Part shown: one piece after another, positions 37,001 through 42,312 of the stretch
How positions within the stretch are numbered: position 1 is the first letter of the stretch
Layout: every line of letters begins with the position of its first letter
DNA from: an uncultured archaeon
Lineage (GTDB): Archaea; Thermoplasmatota; Poseidoniia; MGIII; CG-Epi1
Length of the DNA: 42,312 nt
NCBI GenBank assembly: GCA_964651915.1
Contig: CAZYZI010000003.1
Span: 1-42,312, forward strand
Direction: 5' to 3'
Notes under the pieces: model-generated
The model's database searches: none
Told to the model about the DNA's origin: nothing
Seen by the model: only the letters and a program-made list of their open reading frames with translations
Position numbers and translations under genes: made by a program

Positions 37001-37617
37001 TCTATCCATTGTCTATTGCTACTACCCCATCCTCCAACATAATCACGAGCATATACAGCAAGTACATTTTCACCTTGATTGAATGAAGAAGGCGTTATTG
37101 TTCCTGCAGCATCATCATTCCAATACTCCTGCGCTCGGCTATCTCCACCCCTATCATCATAAATCATATTTCCGTTTAAGTAAGGTGTGCAAAAATTTGC
37201 AACTGCTACATCAATTTCAGCAGAGGTCACGATTCCGGAAACTTGGAATTTGTGTCTTATGAGTATAACATCTTCGTTATAGGGAGAACTGCCAGAAGTA
37301 TCCCAGTCAGTATTAGGGTCTACACCACCAGATGACCGATCACCAAAAGGCGCAGCACCTAAGTTCCAGGCCGTGTCATTGAAATCCGATTGTGACCAGT
37401 TTTCAGGTGCTTCAGAATAATCATCAAGTATTAAATATTTGTAAAAGGTGGCATTATCTCTCCCACTTTGGACCAATGTTTTACTTTCAGTACTATCTTT
37501 AGAATACAAGACGTCATCTATGTAAGGATCCGTTTCACCTGCAACTACGGAGGTCGCCAAAAACATAGCTCCAATTAGGGCTACAGGGATGGCAAGAATC
37601 TCTAATTTATGTCCCAT
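34015..37617 (-). CDS. 1200-aa membrane-anchored surface protein: two jelly-roll sugar-binding-like domains, CARDB/FN3-like repeats, TM helix, cytoplasmic Zn ribbon
   Basis: Signal peptide; duplicated W...FND.AW..G..PFG / Y.NG / N.G.NV.A domain; repeated D.AGN.E FN3-like ends; TM YAYGVAAVVLGSIAIYGASYLI; CDKGC...CPYCG. Confidence 0.8.
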   Translation of the reverse strand: MGHKLEILAIPVALIGAMFLATSVVAGETDPYIDDVLYSKDSTESKTLVQSGRDNATFYKYLILDDYSEAPENWSQSDFNDTAWNLGAAPFGDRSSGGVDPNTDWDTSGSSPYNEDVILIRHKFQVSGIVTSAEIDVAVANFCTPYLNGNMIYDDRGGDSRAQEYWNDDAAGTITPSSFNQGENVLAVYARDYVGGWGSSNRQWIDLQITAQVFESTNESVIFGDTVLVGITGGNKGDTVVNEFNLNITSNGTLIDNIFYDTIPAEGYGFSWLEWTPAEIGLNQLQVKVTCNCSDSNLTNNEYILNLTAVVYSLETTLDDNILIINQSRLVTKIIQIENTGDLIDNITLSIDDDIFNNWNVQFTPNNFLINPNEIQTVIVTAVVPDSYEDGYYNLSIKTESQYNYVKTQALLQRGTYENVDWRWINSTGDEELYGDTNWTKLNFNDSAWKDGSTPFGDDDLGGIDYNTFWDGNNYGYFRHIVDIPDMGLYEGGFMTINVATNNYGDHYINGIYVFGDIDGGGGHGAEYWNEEFQVYINYLNEGPNVIASIVSNPTNTQWFDQEIMMTFPQANLWKYKTQTTNIPLYLDATAPTSRVLEEGFYRNSSTFEVKWRSISDFEDLEGYYIYYLEKNGSNLGEWTLHGFYEKESLNFTGEGGLTYRFKSIAVDSNGNIEYKGTYDTEMRIDLELPKSTLWIVEGDLQYTNFEGVTLQWKANDTVDIQAYLIEYKIVGNDTWNDFGAFTSPGEYWFSPEGDAQYEIRSRTIDYAGNKELKVISDVTITFDRMRPELVLNSVDKLTGSSELIISIKSTNENLSNINLEYARLSEGTEDVLTWIPIESEWNGDEIVVSPLIDGYTYYFRANPVDLAGNEYTRDSYQYTLFIDSNYTEKIELPVLPLKPIMIGKIRNIEITADEDGDGIFEKTLEEYTGIDLSAMKANQYWVDYDKGEIILGDGQDGYQPPKNSTINLIYKAFDLETTIDETPPEAVQNIEYAIEERNNVIITWDRPTDATSFIIESKDNFSMPWVALETVYSNNTNTLNYKLVNLTSGFHYYRIVSVDRMGYSNPNMKDEHIRVIIEAEVKEVFEAETKSNDNLYAYGVAAVVLGSIAIYGASYLIRGNKEEIIPDGPVLIPVDNTGDVKDGLNVPEEEKTFSVVSGSQFSRQLMFVCDKGCMKEFEVDEEDKEVMCPYCGTLGDSPL

Positions 37618-37703
37618 GGTTTTTATCGATAATCAACCAGTATTTTAAAGTATGAGATGTAGGAACCCCTTTTATTATCCCTTTTTAGTAACAGCGCATT
37701 ACT

Positions 37704-41818
<4,115 letters not shown>

Positions 41819-41820
41819 GT

Positions 41821-42312
41821 TCAGAAGAGTTTGGCTGCAGTTAGAAATATCCTAGGTTCTGGATAATTCTCGCAATGCTGATAGGTGTATGAGACAAGGA
41901 TTGTCCCTGATTTATCTACTAAGAATTCTCCGGGAGATAACCACGGATTGTCAACAAGGGGGCGGTTTATGGCACGGCGAGCTTTCTGGAACTCTAGTCC
42001 AACTTCTTTCGAATGGCACCACGTTTCTTCAGGAGCGTCGTAAAGGAGCTGTTCGATACCAAAATTTGAAAGTCCGAAAGCACTGTATGCTTTAAAATCC
42101 GGATCGCAAAGAATGGTACATTCAATCTTATGTTCCTCTTTGTATGCGGAGGCCCTTTCTGGTTCACCCTGTCCAATAATAACAGGATTGATGCCGGCAG
42201 CACGGTAGTCTTTGTATTCTTCGTTTAGTCTTGCTGCGCGATCAACACCACATCCACAACCAAAGTGCCGCCAAAACATCAATAGTGCGGGACCTTCAGA
42301 CCAGAGCGAGGA
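41821..42312 (-). CDS. Peroxiredoxin-like (AhpC/TSA, PRXL2/SelU-like) thioredoxin-fold protein, 5' end outside the window
   Basis: Frame open to the edge: SSLWSEGPALLMFWRHFGCGCG..., ILCDP...AY.AFGL, PGEFLVD..G. Confidence 0.78.
   Translation of the reverse strand, partial: SSLWSEGPALLMFWRHFGCGCGVDRAARLNEEYKDYRAAGINPVIIGQGEPERASAYKEEHKIECTILCDPDFKAYSAFGLSNFGIEQLLYDAPEETWCHSKEVGLEFQKARRAINRPLVDNPWLSPGEFLVDKSGTILVSYTYQHCENYPEPRIFLTAAKLF

Noticed and set aside
34015-37617. Prophage or contractile injection system locus
   Set aside because: Only one baseplate-like motif; no sheath, tube, spike, terminase or integrase in the window

Overview
AT-rich, gene-dense archaeal chromosomal segment. It carries archaeal markers (TFB, Gar1, rpl10e/uL16, DtdA, isopentenyl phosphate kinase, NOG1, SepF, TATA boxes) mixed with bacterial-type metabolic genes and large acidic surface proteins, a mix that suggests a marine Thermoplasmatota (Marine Group III/II-like; taxonomy is inference). 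About 35 CDS: purine salvage/interconversion (guaB, hpt, apt, NCS2 permease, purA), TCA/respiration (icd, sucCD, a mycobacterial Sdh1-type succinate dehydrogenase), amino-acid catabolism (proline dehydrogenase, hutU, saccharopine/lysine dehydrogenase family, M6 protease), isoprenoid genes (ipk, class II HMGR, squalene/phytoene synthase, nearby MMPL/RND) and cell division (tandem RHH-ftsZ, sepF). I saw no tRNA, rRNA, CRISPR or IS element. The most unusual signal is an unannotated 50-nt, 76% GC hairpin (13486-13535). It has its own TATA-like box and a T-run, its loop displays CCUCCC twice including the 16S anti-SD string CACCUCC, it may form a pseudoknot, and it sits directly upstream of a 51-aa Cys-rich zinc-finger-like ORF. 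Also notable: a baseplate-wedge-like motif inside a 1200-aa membrane-anchored surface protein, a membrane-anchored Ig+FKBP foldase, a Cys micro-domain inserted in the purine permease, and a high-GC peroxiredoxin-like gene at the right edge. All family calls come from motif recognition, not database searches.
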